A stretch of 64,000 nucleotides of DNA from Octopus sinensis (GCF_006345805.1 NC_042998.1:149792001-149856000); one strand, 5' to 3'; shown: positions 39,977 through 55,059, counted from the stretch's first letter. A program made the numbers and translations. The notes: a model not told the origin generated them from the sequence alone.

Positions 39977-41081
39977 ATATATATAATATAATATATATAT
40001 ATATATTGTAGCTAGATAAGGAGAGAGAGTGAGAGGGGGGATTGTTTGGAATGATAGATATCGAAATTGTGTAAACAGAAATATAAAAATGACCAAATAT
40101 AAGAGGAATATTTAATGACTGAAGACAGAAAAAATTGACTGAGAGACAGAAGGACAAAACAAGACGACGCAAAAAATGAAAGCAAAATGAATGAAAGAAG
40201 AATTGAAAGACTGAATATGGAAGTGAGACGAGTGTAACAGGAAACTGTAATGTAAGAAATAATATAACAATAGAAAAAGAGACTAAATGAAGGAATGAAT
40301 GATTCATTGGAAGAATGAGTGGGAGAAAGAGAAAGAGAGAAAGAGAGAGATAGCGAATGAATGAATGATATAAAAAGAGCTCGAAGCAAACAATTGTTTT
40401 CGTTCAGAAAGTTGTCGATAATTGAGCCCAAACTTATCGTCTGCTTTTAAGCAAAATGTCCTTCCACAGAAAGCAGTGACGCTCCTGTCTCGTTGTTTGA
40501 TTGGTCTAATATTGTAGCTCATACGTTTACGTCATTGAAGTACTATGGTGGCGTGTTATTTGTATATTTTCCAATGATTTTATATTCATTTGTTTGTTTC
40601 CTGTTTTATATATATTTTTCTTCCACGGTATCATTTACTTCGCGGTGAAAGAAAAAGAGAGAGTTGCGTGTTGAGTATTGTAGAGAGGACTGATCGTCTG
40701 CTTGTTTGATTCACTGAATATTTGCTTCTCAGCAATTCATGTCGTAGCTAATGTTGTTAATATTATTGTTCGTATTGGTTGCATTTCTCCAAGACAAATT
40801 AAGGAAGTTATCGTTTATTTGTGGGTGGAAGGGGATTTATTTTCCTATCGTTCTTCTTTTAGTGATTTTCTTCATTCTTTCGTTCCGTTCAGTTATTTCT
40901 TCTCCCTGATGTATCCCACTCACAATCATTTTCCCACCTATTTTATCCTTTTGCCGTCCTTTCATCGACTAGTTTCTGTTTCGAACAACCTGTCTTTCGC
41001 TCTCCTACTTCTCACCTTCAGTTCTGCACCTCTCTCTCCTCCTATCTCTCTGCATCTATCTATCTATCTATCTATCTATCT

Positions 41082-41122
<41 letters not shown>

Positions 41123-41183
41123 ATAAAAATTAGTGTACGTTTAAACACACACCCACACACACCACACACACATATATATACAT

Positions 41184-41247
<64 letters not shown>

Positions 41248-41397
41248 TTAAACATAAGACAGAGGCAAAGGCTTCAAAGACCAAGTCTTTAACACTACAT
41301 ATATATTTATATCTTTCTATCTACATATCTATGTGTGCGTGTGTTTGAGTATTTGTGTGTCTATGTGTACACGTATATATATTTGTATATATATATG

Positions 41398-44230
<2,833 letters not shown>

Positions 44231-44829
44231 AAATTAAATACAACAAATTTGAAATATAAGTAAAATAAGATAAAACAGTATATACATATACACATATTGT
44301 TGGATGGCTGTTGACTACTCATGCGTTCCTCCGACCTTTTGACAGTTTTTTTCTGTTACACTTGAGACTGTACAAAACTGGTAGGTCCCAAAAACCTAAG
44401 CTAAGTGCATTAAATTTTTGGAAGAAAGCGGGCGAATATGTGCGACAACACGAACAAAAGATCGAGAAAATGGAGAAAATGTTACATGATTACAAATACA
44501 AACAACAAGAATAACAACAGATATGTTTAGACTAAAAGGACAACTTAAATTAAGCTGGCGTGTGAAGTGGAAGTCTTGTGGCAACATAGATGAAGGTCAG
44601 GTGACAGGAAGATAAGGTGTTGTGCGAGCGGCGGTCAGGGCAAGAAAAAAAGATCATACTTGGCTGAGCACCGATCACGTGGGAGGAACAGAGAGAGGTA
44701 GGGAGCAGAGGGATAGAATGAATATATATATATATAATATATATATATATATATTAAGGTATGTAGAAAAATACAACATGGACAAGAACGTATAACTCAT
44801 AGAAGACGATACAATAAATATATATATAT

Positions 44830-44864
<35 letters not shown>

Positions 44865-44919
44865 TTGTAGTGGAAATTTATAAAAAAAACAAAAGAGGAA
44901 GACAGGTGTGGGAACAAGC

Positions 44920-45160
44920 AAGTGTATTAGATTGACGCTCGGGAAAAATAGAAAAGTCTTTTACGTTTCGAGCATACGCTCTTCGACAGAAAGGAATAAA
45001 AGGAAAAATAGAGACAGAATGAAAAAAGACACTAGAGTTCAGCAGTTCAGCTTGAGGTATAAAAGCAAAATCAAACACACATAAACAAGAGTGTGAATTC
45101 ATTTTAGAAGACACAGTTTGTGAATTCATTTTAGCCGTCTTCTAAAATGAATTCACAAAC
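44920..45160 (-). mobile_element. Family F HHR-bearing short repeat with terminal quasi-palindrome
   Basis: Homologous to the 33390-33720 units; inverted and direct repeats at 45092-45160. Confidence 0.65.
44958..44993 (-). ncRNA. Minimal HHR-like motif, A6U variant
   Basis: cttt CUGUCGA a gagc[guau]gcuc GAAA C GUA^ aaag. Confidence 0.62.
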
Positions 45161-45331
45161 ACACATATAGCATCCAAATCTACATCTTTTTTCTTCTGAT
45201 GATATGATACTCATGTCGCATAAATGTAAATTTAATGCTTATTGAACAATAATAAAAACGTCTGTCAATGAAGATGACCACTTTGCTATTAATAATGCAC
45301 AATTATTAACTTCTCAATCTCCATTTCCTTC

Positions 45332-45355
<24 letters not shown>

Positions 45356-45362
<7 letters not shown>

Positions 45363-46617
45363 AGAAAATAGTAAAGTGTGAAAAAACGACAGAAGGCTTA
45401 AATGTTAAAAAATATATATATTTGTGTCAAAATGTCTGGAGAATATTGGAAAAATTTTTTTCCTTTCCTTAAAATGACATAATTTTAAAAATTTTTTAAG
45501 AAATTACCGGTTTCGCGTGTAGCTTTCAAATTTCTTGTGACGTTATGTTTATATTGCATGGAATTATCGTTGTTTTTATTTCCAGGAGATTTCTAAATAA
45601 GGGGAGGTAGTGAGTGATTTTTTCCGGTGTAGGGGAGATAATCGCTTAAAAATTTTTTTTTTTTTTTTTTTTTCCCCTTTTCTTGTTAATTTCTCTGTGT
45701 CAGTATGTTCGGATGGTTGAGTCTGGGTTGTACTTTTCATGAAGAATGTTTCCTTGTTCAGTCTCATTTGTGTTGATGATCCGAAAGCACATTGGTAAAA
45801 TGGGAAGATTAAAAATTGTGGCAGTAGTTGCTTTGCGCATTTCTCAATGTGCTCACTAAAAGGTATCATTCTATATTTGGGAATGCAATCTGTTGTCGAT
45901 GCAGTGTGCATCTGCGCCTGAGTGATAGTCCCGTGAACCCACGTAGTCTTGGTGGCAGCCGAGCATTTAATAACATAAATTATGTTTTCAGAGGCACAAG
46001 TAAAGTTAGATTTGATCTTAATTTCTGTCCCTCTTTAAAGAAGAATTCTGATCCTTCCAATAGGTTAGGACATGTTGCACAGTTCGATCTACCACATTTT
46101 TTTACTTTTGCATCCGTAATTTTAGAAGACAATTTTGCCTTTGTGAGAATCTTTTTAAGTGATTTAGGCTGTTTGTAGCTTTTAATGATTTGGTGTATGT
46201 TTAGAATTTCCTTTAATTTTGGTTTTTATGAAGTATTGGTAATTCTGGGTGATGATGGTGAAGGCTTCTTTGTTTCTGGGGTTGTATGTAGATATGTAAG
46301 GTAGTATTTTCGGGGAAGGTGTGTTGTTGTGTTGAACTTTTCTTAAGTTTCTATGTTGATTTCTGTTGCACGTCTGATCCCATCCTCTATGAGTTGAGCT
46401 GGGTAATGTCTGTCAATTAGGGTGTTTTTGAGTTCTTGCAGTCTAAAGTTCCTGGTATTTTGTTCTGACACTATTGTGCATATCCTTCTTGCAAGGTTGA
46501 AGGGGATGTTGTTTTAGTGTGTCTTGGGTGGCATGAATTAAAAAGAAGGTATTGTTTGGCGTCTGTGGCTTTGTAAAAAATGTCTTTTCTATTTTAAGGT
46601 TAATTTTTTTAATTAGT
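45356..46617 (-). mobile_element. Inverted copy (left arm) of the Penelope-like element at 46618-47906
   Basis: Reverse complement of 46653-47906; differs mainly by homopolymer indels and one ~13-nt indel. Confidence 0.92.
45498..45536 (-). ncRNA. HHR motif, U3-A8 variant (left-arm copy, core one A shorter)
   Basis: aagaaau UUGAAA gc[uacac]gc GAAA CCGG UA^ auuucuu. Confidence 0.55.
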
Positions 46618-47906
46618 GGAATACAACCCAAGGAGCTCCCGTTCTTGGATATACTAATTAAAAAAATTAACCTTAAAATAGAAACAGACATTTTTTACAA
46701 AGCCACAGACGCCAAACAATACCTTCTTTTTAATTCATGCCACCCAAGACACACTAAAACAAACATCCCCTTCAACCTTGCAAGAAGGATATGCACAATA
46801 GTGTCAGAACAAAATACCAGGAACTTTAGACTGCAAGAACTCAAAAACACCCTAATTGACAGACATTACCCAGCTCAACTCATAGAGGATGGGATCAGAC
46901 GTGCAACAGAAATCAACATAGAAATTAAGAAAAGTTCAACAACAAACACACCTTCCCGAAAATACTACCTTACATATCTACATACAAACCCAGAAACAAA
47001 GAAGCCTTCACCATCATCACCAGAATTTACCAATACTTCATAAAAACCCAAATTAAAGGAAATTCTAAAATACACACCAATCATTAAAAGCTACAAACAG
47101 CCTAAATCACTTAAAAAGATTCTCACAAAGGCAAAATTGTCTTCTAAAATTACGGATGCAAAAGTAAAAAAATGTGGTAGGTCGAACTGTGCAACATGTC
47201 CTAACCTATTGGAAGGATCAGAATTCTTCTTTAAAGAGGGACAGAAATTTAAGATCAAATCTAACTTTACTTGTGCCTCTGAAAACATAATTTATGTTAT
47301 TAAATGCTCGGGCTGCCACCAAGCACTACGTGGGTTCCACGGGACTATCACTCAGGCGCAGATGCACACTGCATCGACAACAGATTGCATTCCCAGAATA
47401 TAGAATGATACCTTTTAGTGAGCACATTGAGAAATGCGCAAAGCAACTACTGCCACAATTTTTAATCTTCCCATTTTACCAATGTGCTTTCGGATCATCA
47501 ACACAAATGAGACTGAACAAGGAAACATTCTTCATTGAAAAGTACAAACCCAGACTCAACCATCCGAACATACTGACACAGAGAAATTAACAAGGAAAAG
47601 GGAAAAAAAAAAAAAAAAAATTTTTAAGCGATTATCTCCCCATCACTCACTACCTCCCCTTATTTAGAAATCTCCTGGAAATAAAAACAACGATAATTCC
47701 ATGCAATATAAACATAACGTCACAAGAAATTTGAAAAGCTACACGCGAAACCGGTAATTTCTTTAAAAATTTTAAAAATTATGTCATTTTAAGGAAAGGA
47801 AAAAAAATTTTTCCAATATTCTCCAGACATTTTGACACAAATATATATATTTTTTAACATTTAAGCCTTCTGTCGTTTTTTCACACTTTACTATTTTCTT
47901 ATATAT
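46618..47906 (+). mobile_element. 5'-truncated Penelope-like element, Neptune-like (RT C-terminus, GIY-YIG, 3' pLTR)
   Basis: ELPFLDILI..TDIFYKATD..QYLLFNSCHP; CATC..FKIKSNFTCASENIIYVIKCSGC..YVGSTGLSLRRRCTLHRQQI..KETFFIEKYKPRLN; ORF split by 1-nt indels. Confidence 0.92.
47724..47763 (+). ncRNA. Minimal type I HHR motif, U3-A8 variant
   Basis: aagaaat TTGAAAA gc[tacac]gc GAAA CCGG TA^(47756) atttctt; perfect 7-bp stem I, palindromic ACCGGT, located in the PLE 3' UTR. Confidence 0.75.
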
Positions 47907-48005
47907 TCACCCACGTGCTTTACCAAACAAACTTTCTTATATATATATATATATATACACGGCAAATGAAAGACGGAAGATGGAGTATACAAGAACCTAT
48001 TATTA

Positions 48006-48110
48006 ATCCCGATAACTGTTTCGACACATCTAGCATCGATCCCTTATGGGTGGACACTCTACAACTGGTTCAGGAGCATTCGGCGGTGCAGATGCATCTC
48101 GTCGGGTGAT
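48006..48110 (-). ncRNA. Degenerate type I HHR motif
   Basis: aucac CCGACGA gaugcaucu..agaugugu c GAAA CAGUUA UC^ gggau; 9-bp stem II; U4C and helix III mutations. Confidence 0.55.
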
Positions 48111-48298
48111 AAATAAATACAACTCTGCAATGTAACTTTCCGTTTTGTTGAAAGAAAAGCAGCCTGACGGAGGAGATATCTTCATTTATATAGAAGATCA
48201 AAAATAAAAATCACAGGTGGCAAAAAGAGAAACGAACACGCATTCCAATATATACTAACTGTTTTCATTTTTTCTCATTGTTTCTGTCTCTTCCTCAG

Positions 48299-48401
48299 AA
48301 TCCACGAATTCTCTTCCATCCTCCCTATATGTCATCACCCACCACCTGTTCAGTACGACATCTCCACTCTGCCAATTCATATCAAATGTCATTCGCCCCA
48401 G
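48299..48401 (+). CDS. Candidate 103-nt internal exon of an unidentified host gene
   Basis: Branch-like TACTAAC, long polypyrimidine tract ending CCTCAG, donor CAG/GTCAGA; all three frames open (e.g. IHEFSSILPICHHPPPVQYDISTLPIHIKCHSPQ). Confidence 0.35.
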
Positions 48402-49057
48402 GTCAGACACACAAAACTCTGGACGATGAACTCCACAGCATTCTACAGTGAATCGCATTTGTGTTACAACAATGGATCAGGCAGTGAATAGCGTAGAAGT
48501 GATGGTGGTGGTAGTGGTGTGTGTCATGGGGATGATGATGATGATAATGGTGATGATGATGGTGATAATGATGACGATGAAGATGATGGTGATGATGATC
48601 ATGACAATGATGACTATGATGACAATGAAGATGATGGTGATGAAGATGAGCACGATAATGACGGTGACGGTCACTTGTTTACAACAACAATGATGATGAT
48701 GATATTGCTATTGGCAATATAGCTTTGTTTGTGATGCTCAGATGGCGGTGGTGGTTGTGGGGGTGGTGATGGCGATGATGATGATGATGATGAACATGAT
48801 GATGATGATGATATGATAGAGTAGAAGGTGGTCGTGGTGGTGGGGACATTTATGATGATCATATTTAGTTGCATTAATGATTTGTAGACATTTTTTAATG
48901 TTGTCGGTCGTGATTGTGTTGCCTGTTATGATTTTGAGGCTGTAGTATCTATTGCTGGTGGTGGTGGTGGCGATCTTGGGGCTCAAATCGGATGGAGATA
49001 TGTATATGTATATATGTTGCTGTCTTTCTGTCTTTGTCTGCGAATATATTATTTTAT

Positions 49058-49297
49058 TCTTCTTTTATTCTTTTACTTGTTTCAGTTATTTGACTGCAGC
49101 TTTCTAGATCACCGACTTTAGTCGAGCAAATAGATCCAAAGACTTATTCTTTGTAAGCCTAGGTCTTATTCTATCGGTCTCTCTTACCGAACTGCTAAGT
49201 TACTGAGACGTAAACGCACCAGCATCGTCTGTCAAGCGATGTTGGGAGAACAAACACAGATACACAGACATATACACACACCAACACACACACACAC

Positions 49298-49363
<66 letters not shown>

Positions 49364-49580
49364 TTATATATATATTATATATATATTATATAATATATAT
49401 ATATATATTTATATACACGACGGGCTTCTTTCAGTTTCCGTCTACTAGATCCACTCACAAGGCTTTGGTCGGTTCGAGGCTATAGTAGAAGACACTTACA
49501 CAAGATGCCACACAGTGGGACTGAAACCAGTGCAATGTGGTTGGTAATCAAGCTACTTACTACACAGTCACTCCTGCGCC
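49058..49580 (-). mobile_element. SINE family A, full length with expanded internal (TA)n
   Basis: Head GGCGCAGGAGTGACTGTGTAGTAAGTAGC on the minus strand, CORE-like body, tail CTGAAACAAGTAAAAGAATAAAAG. Confidence 0.9.
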
Positions 49581-49607
49581 TGTGTATAATATATGCGTGA
49601 GTATATG

Positions 49608-49649
<42 letters not shown>

Positions 49650-50059
49650 CATATATATATTTGTAAAATGATTTCTATATTTTCTATTACTATATAAGAT
49701 ACAAATGTATTGAGATCATTTAGTTAATTGTCTAAAGGGTATTTGCTTAGTTTTCTTGATATAAGATCAGGATGCTAAGTAGTTGTAGGCAACATCTAAG
49801 ACATTAATAGTCTATAATCCCCCTACATTTTAAAATTCAACATGAATAACGTTTGACATTTATTTTATCCCTTCCTATATCTATAAATAGAAAAACTCTT
49901 TGTTTCCACCCAACAGAAATCCCTTCCTCCTCTCTAACAGATCCAAATAACAAAAGGAAAAATTCTACAATCAGAAGATAAATTCTAACTCTATCATGTT
50001 CTTGACAATCAATCCAACCTCTCTGTATGTATATCTACCCTCTTTATATTGTTAGCAAA

Positions 50060-50312
50060 CGAAATTGAAATAAGTATATGTATTGTCCCATTGATGGAAG
50101 ACTTCTATAAATGGCTGAAGATTGCTCAACATGTTAAAACTGATGTAATACTTACAATGTTTAATAAAATGATGTAGCATGAAACGATCGTACCAAATTA
50201 CCGAAGAAATATTTGCTGCTTATTTTGATTATAATCACCCCGTGGATTTATATGGATAGTACCATACAAAATTCTGGTGCATCTGACTTAAGTACCATAT
50301 TCATTTGAATCT
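50060..50312 (+). mobile_element. Single-arm copy of the 14985-15365 HHR element
   Basis: Collinear with 15160-15365 through AGTACCATATTCA..GAATCTATA. Confidence 0.8.
50112..50195 (+). ncRNA. Type I hammerhead ribozyme motif
   Basis: tgg CTGAAGA ttgc..gcat GAAA CGATCG TA^(50192) cca; stem I covaries relative to the 15161 copy. Confidence 0.75.
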
Positions 50313-50346
50313 ATATGTATATATGCATATATGTATATATATGTGT

Positions 50347-50386
<40 letters not shown>

Positions 50387-50793
50387 ATAAATGTTTACAC
50401 AGATATATGTATATAAATGTACATATATCTATATAAATACATACATGCATGCATATATATACTAGGGGTGGTAAAACTGCGGATAGCAAGCCGTATGCAG
50501 CTTCTGTCACGCATGGAAATATTTTGGTTGGGCTCTTTTTTTTATCACAGTTGATATAGAAGCTAAATAAGGCAAAAATATGTCACTGTCTCTAATTATA
50601 TATTAGGTATAGCGTCCCCTAATTACTCCAAATAAACTCAAACATAAAATTGTATTGAATGGTTTTTTTTCTGTCCCTTCTTTCCATTTCTGACTTACAA
50701 TATTTCCCATGTAAGTTATAACCCGGTATTATATATATATTATATATATTATATATTATATATATATATTATATATGTGTGTGTTGTGTGTGT

Positions 50794-50824
<31 letters not shown>

Positions 50825-51039
50825 TGTGTGTGTGTGTGTGTGTGTTGTGTGTGTGTTGTTGTGTGTGTGTTGTGTGTGTGTGTCTGTGAAGTATTATTAG
50901 TTGCCTCCATACACCATCCTGAAGGTAGGCCTATTTTTTAAAATATTCATTACATTGCTCGTGAGTGTATTTATTGTAGAATTGGTGGTCTTTTGAAGCT
51001 TTCGCTTTGAATTTTATCCTTGTTTTCTTCAAATATCAT

Positions 51040-51070
<31 letters not shown>

Positions 51071-51071
51071 T

Positions 51072-51310
51072 TATGGAGATGTACTCGCATAGCAAGTGAT
51101 TTGATCTGAGATCGTGTGCTGGAACGAAAACAATTGCAGCGTGGAAGGTGTTTGTAAGCCATTTAAGAAACACACAAGCCGTTCGATTCACTTCAACGTT
51201 TAAGTTTAATCTGTCAAAATATTTTCGTCGCTAAAATCCGCGACCTGTTCACTGACAAAAATTGTGTGTTTCTTAAATGGCTTACAAACACCTTCCACGC
51301 TGCAATTGTT
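51072..51310 (-). mobile_element. Short HHR-bearing element with a 48-bp inverted duplication
   Basis: 51129-51176 is mirrored at 51263-51310; flanked by (TA)n. Confidence 0.75.
51211..51258 (-). ncRNA. Minimal type I HHR motif, G3-C8 variant
   Basis: uugu ca GUGAACA g gucgc[ggauuuua]gcgac GAAA AUAU UU^ ugacag; 6-bp stem I, 5-bp stem II, palindromic AATATT. Confidence 0.7.
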
Positions 51311-51346
51311 ATATATATATATTTATTTATTTATTTATTTATTTAT

Positions 51347-51520
51347 ACATCACGTGATCACATGACCGGCCAGACTATCAGATGTCACACATCGCTGGTT
51401 GCAATGCGCCTTGCATTGTTTTACCCTTCAAATGACGCGCCAACCTGCTGGCTAGGCGAGCAGCCAACATTCCTCCCTGATCGAAGGGGACTGGAGCAAT
51501 GTGAAATGAAGTGTTTTGCT
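51347..51520 (-). mobile_element. SINE fragment(s), third family
   Basis: CATCACGTGATCACATGACCGGCCAGACTATCAGATG... joined to CORE/V-like GGACTGGAGCAATGTGAAATGAAGTGTTTTGCTC. Confidence 0.45.
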
Positions 51521-51524
51521 CCCC

Positions 51525-51564
<40 letters not shown>

Positions 51565-51581
51565 ATATATATATATATATC

Positions 51582-51615
<34 letters not shown>

Positions 51616-51656
51616 ATAATATATATATATATATATCTATATATATATATACATAT

Positions 51657-51740
<84 letters not shown>

Positions 51741-54309
51741 CCCATATATGCACACACACACACACATAAGTGCGTCGTTTGCATATGGAATGTTATTTAC
51801 AACACCCTCTTCCAAAGCACGTTCTTCCAAAGCACATTCAAAAGGGATAACAAGTGGGAAAATATATTTGAGATTTCTTCCGTTCGTTATCTTTGGCGAC
51901 TTGTTACAATCCGCTTTTCGCAATGGCCATTGTCACATTATCTTTTTAGAATAACATCGATATCATTTATTCACTCAGTAATTTATATTATTTCACTTCA
52001 TAATGGCGTCTCTCCTTCTCTAATAGAGCAATGGCCAGTAGAAACAATGCCAGACAATAAACTTACATCTGAATGAAGCAATGCTCATTAATGCTAAAGA
52101 AAAGGGATTATACGCGTTTGAGGTGATCAAGGGTTGCAGAAGACTAAGCTTATTGTTAAGACGTTTAAACATCTATGTAAAGGGGTGGAGCGAGACTGAA
52201 ACTAGCCTCGATCTCGCTCATGTACATTAAAACGTTGTAATACAAGCCGCTCAAATGTCCATATCTAGTTGGTGGTCATTGGATACGAATTTTGTTTACA
52301 AGTGTCTGTGAAAAATTTGCGAAGGAAGATGACATCATCAACCTGTAAAAACGAAGATAGGAAGAGGAAAGCAAAAGTTGTAAGCCAGAGTGGAAAGAAG
52401 ATTTTTCATTCACTGCTAAATAAGGTAAAACATTTCTGCCTTATCTGCCAGCAACTTGGATTAAGGAGAAACAAGTTAATTGTTAAAATCATCACTAAAA
52501 ACGCAGTAAATACTATTGACAACGTTCAGCAAGGACAGTAATACATCTACTGAAGCTAAGTTTTTATATCATGGAATATTGCTCGTGCATAAACACCCAT
52601 ATTCTGATGGCAAAGTTAAGAAGAATATAACTAATATTGCTACTGTGTTAGATCCAAATAATTTCTACGACTAATAACATAAGCACCAGCTTCATGCCAC
52701 TACAGAGAGACGTATTTCTCAAATCAGTACTGATCTGAGAGATACGTCAGCAAAATTCAAAATTACTTAGAATATTCTCTTGCTTACACTTTAGCGGCTG
52801 ACGAATCAAGTGACATACAAGAGTAAAGTGTGAAAGAAGAGATATTGGACTTAAGAGAAGTATCTCGTGGTGTTGACATAAAATATACGCTTGACAGGGC
52901 TTTAACAAATATTGGTGTTTCACTGAATAAAATTGTCAGGGTTGCAACAAATGAAGCTACTGCAATGGCGGAGAAACTGCATGATTAATTGTTCATATGG
53001 AAAGTTATTGCAGCTTTCTGGAGTTTCTCTTCTTCATTGAGAACACTTCGTGGTTAGATACTTCATATATATGAAGATGTCTTAAAATCTGTCCTTGAGA
53101 TTGTGAATTTCATCCACTTAAATGGGAAGACCCACCGACGGTTCAGAAATCATATTGAGCAACTGGAGCTTGAATATAAACTCAGGGATCTATCTTTCTT
53201 TTGCGTTGTTGGGTGGTAATCAACTTCTTAAAGAAAATATTCTATACTTAACTGAAAAATGACGAATGGAAGCAATAGCTGATGTTCTTTACTGAGATAT
53301 TGAATTCTCTACAAACTCTGAACTTGGCACTCCAAGGGAAGGATAAAATTATTTCTCATCTTAGTCTATTTTCAGCTTTTGTAATAATATAAATGCTTTT
53401 CAAATAGACAGATTTTGAAGAAATTTGAGTCACTTTCTCAATTTCAGAAGGAGGTTAGATACATTCCCTGCTACTGAAATGAAAGAAAAAACACAAATAG
53501 TAAGAATGCATATATTACAAAATTGGCTTGATAATTTATTTTCTAAGTTTAATGACTTGCAGAAGATGAAATGCTGTTTTATTTTTCTTGTAGATCCATT
53601 CATTGGTTGATGTGGTCGAGAACGGTTTCCCAACTCTCAAACCACTAGCTATGGAATCATTTGCTGTAGAAATCGAATAACAGGACCCGTGTCTCAAGAT
53701 GATCCACAAATCCCAATTAAATTCTGCAAACAAATTCCAGAAATAAAATATCCTGAATAAACTGGTTTGCGACTCATCTCAGTTTTCAGCACAATATACT
53801 AATGTGAAATCGAAGCATCACCCGACGGGGATAATTTACATAGCCTTCACAATTTATCAACCAGATTTTCAAGAGTTACAGCCAAGATGGAAATCCACAA
53901 AACCTTTACCATCCGTAAATACCAGTTTTAAAAGCCTGATAGGTGTTTTATTATCTGCCTGTCATTAAAACATTATGATGAAACTATGGAAGGTAGAGTC
54001 CTGCTTTTTTTCTGCATACTTTCCTCCATGTTTTGAATAGATATTTACTATGATAAATAAATATTACTAAAAAAATAAGAATATTTTTTACCTTTACACT
54101 TTTTTGCAGTCAAATTTTATGTTGCTGAAATGAAAATTTTCTCATTTTTCTTAAATATTTCTATAGTTCATTACCGTATTAAATATGTTAAAATGTTTAC
54201 TGTAAAATATGAAGTCAATACAATTTAACGGTTTAAAAAACAACATTCACGAATCAATATTATTGTACTCATAAAAAATGTATGTAACAATTATAACATA
54301 ATCTTCTAT

Positions 54310-54480
54310 TTTACTGGTTTCAGTCTATAGACTGCCGTCATGCTGGGGCACAGCCTTGAAGGCTACATAGTCGATGACACCAACCCCATTGCATAGTTTT
54401 TCAAGATTTGTACTTATTTTATCGATCTAAGTTGCCGTACGTAAATACAAACACTGGTTAACAAAAAAACGTAAAACACA
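54310..54480 (-). mobile_element. SINE family A, 3' part, diverged
   Basis: GTTTCAGTCTATAGACTGCCGTCATGCTGGGGCACAGCCTTGAAGG. Confidence 0.65.
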
Positions 54481-54717
54481 GGAAAATTTACTTCAGGTCT
54501 TGCGGCACTTAAACATCAATTGTGGCTATAACTCTAAACAACTTTGGTCACACCTAAGTATACATATATACAAATGTGTATGTATGTATGTATGTATGTA
54601 TGTATTATGTATGTATGTATGTATGTATGTATGTATGTATGTATGTATGCATGTATGTATGCATGTATGTATGTACATCTGTATGTATGTATATTTCTAT
54701 ATCTATATCTATCTATA

Positions 54718-54812
<95 letters not shown>

Positions 54813-54845
54813 TTATCTATCTATCTATATATATATATATATATA

Positions 54846-55009
54846 TGACCATGTGGTACGAAGCTTGCTTCCGAACCACATGGTTCCGGGTTCAGTCCCA
54901 CTGCGTGGCACCTTGAGTAAGTGTCTTCTATCATAGCCTCGGGCCGACCAAAGCCTTTGTGACTGGATTTGATAGACGGAAACTGGAAGAAGCCGGTCGT
55001 ATATATATA

Positions 55010-55059
<50 letters not shown>

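Larger units (their letters stand above)
50463..53900 (+). mobile_element. Decayed hAT (Charlie/SPIN/GTF2IRD2-like) transposon with nested insertions; transposase pseudogene at ~52330-53830
   Basis: Left end TAGGGGTGGTAAAACTGCGG; fragments CLICQ, HPYSDG, LAADESSDIQ, VNFIHLNGKTHRRF, LNLALQGKDK; right end not found. Confidence 0.75.

Noticed and set aside
40400-40520. Minus-strand RQERHCFLWKDILL resembling a PH-domain start
   Set aside because: In-frame stop follows with no usable donor site
40971-41030. GAAACTAGTC on the minus strand
   Set aside because: Upstream CTGAAGG lacks stems I and II
44311-44514. Non-repetitive 67-aa ORF
   Set aside because: No splice or start support and no recognisable family
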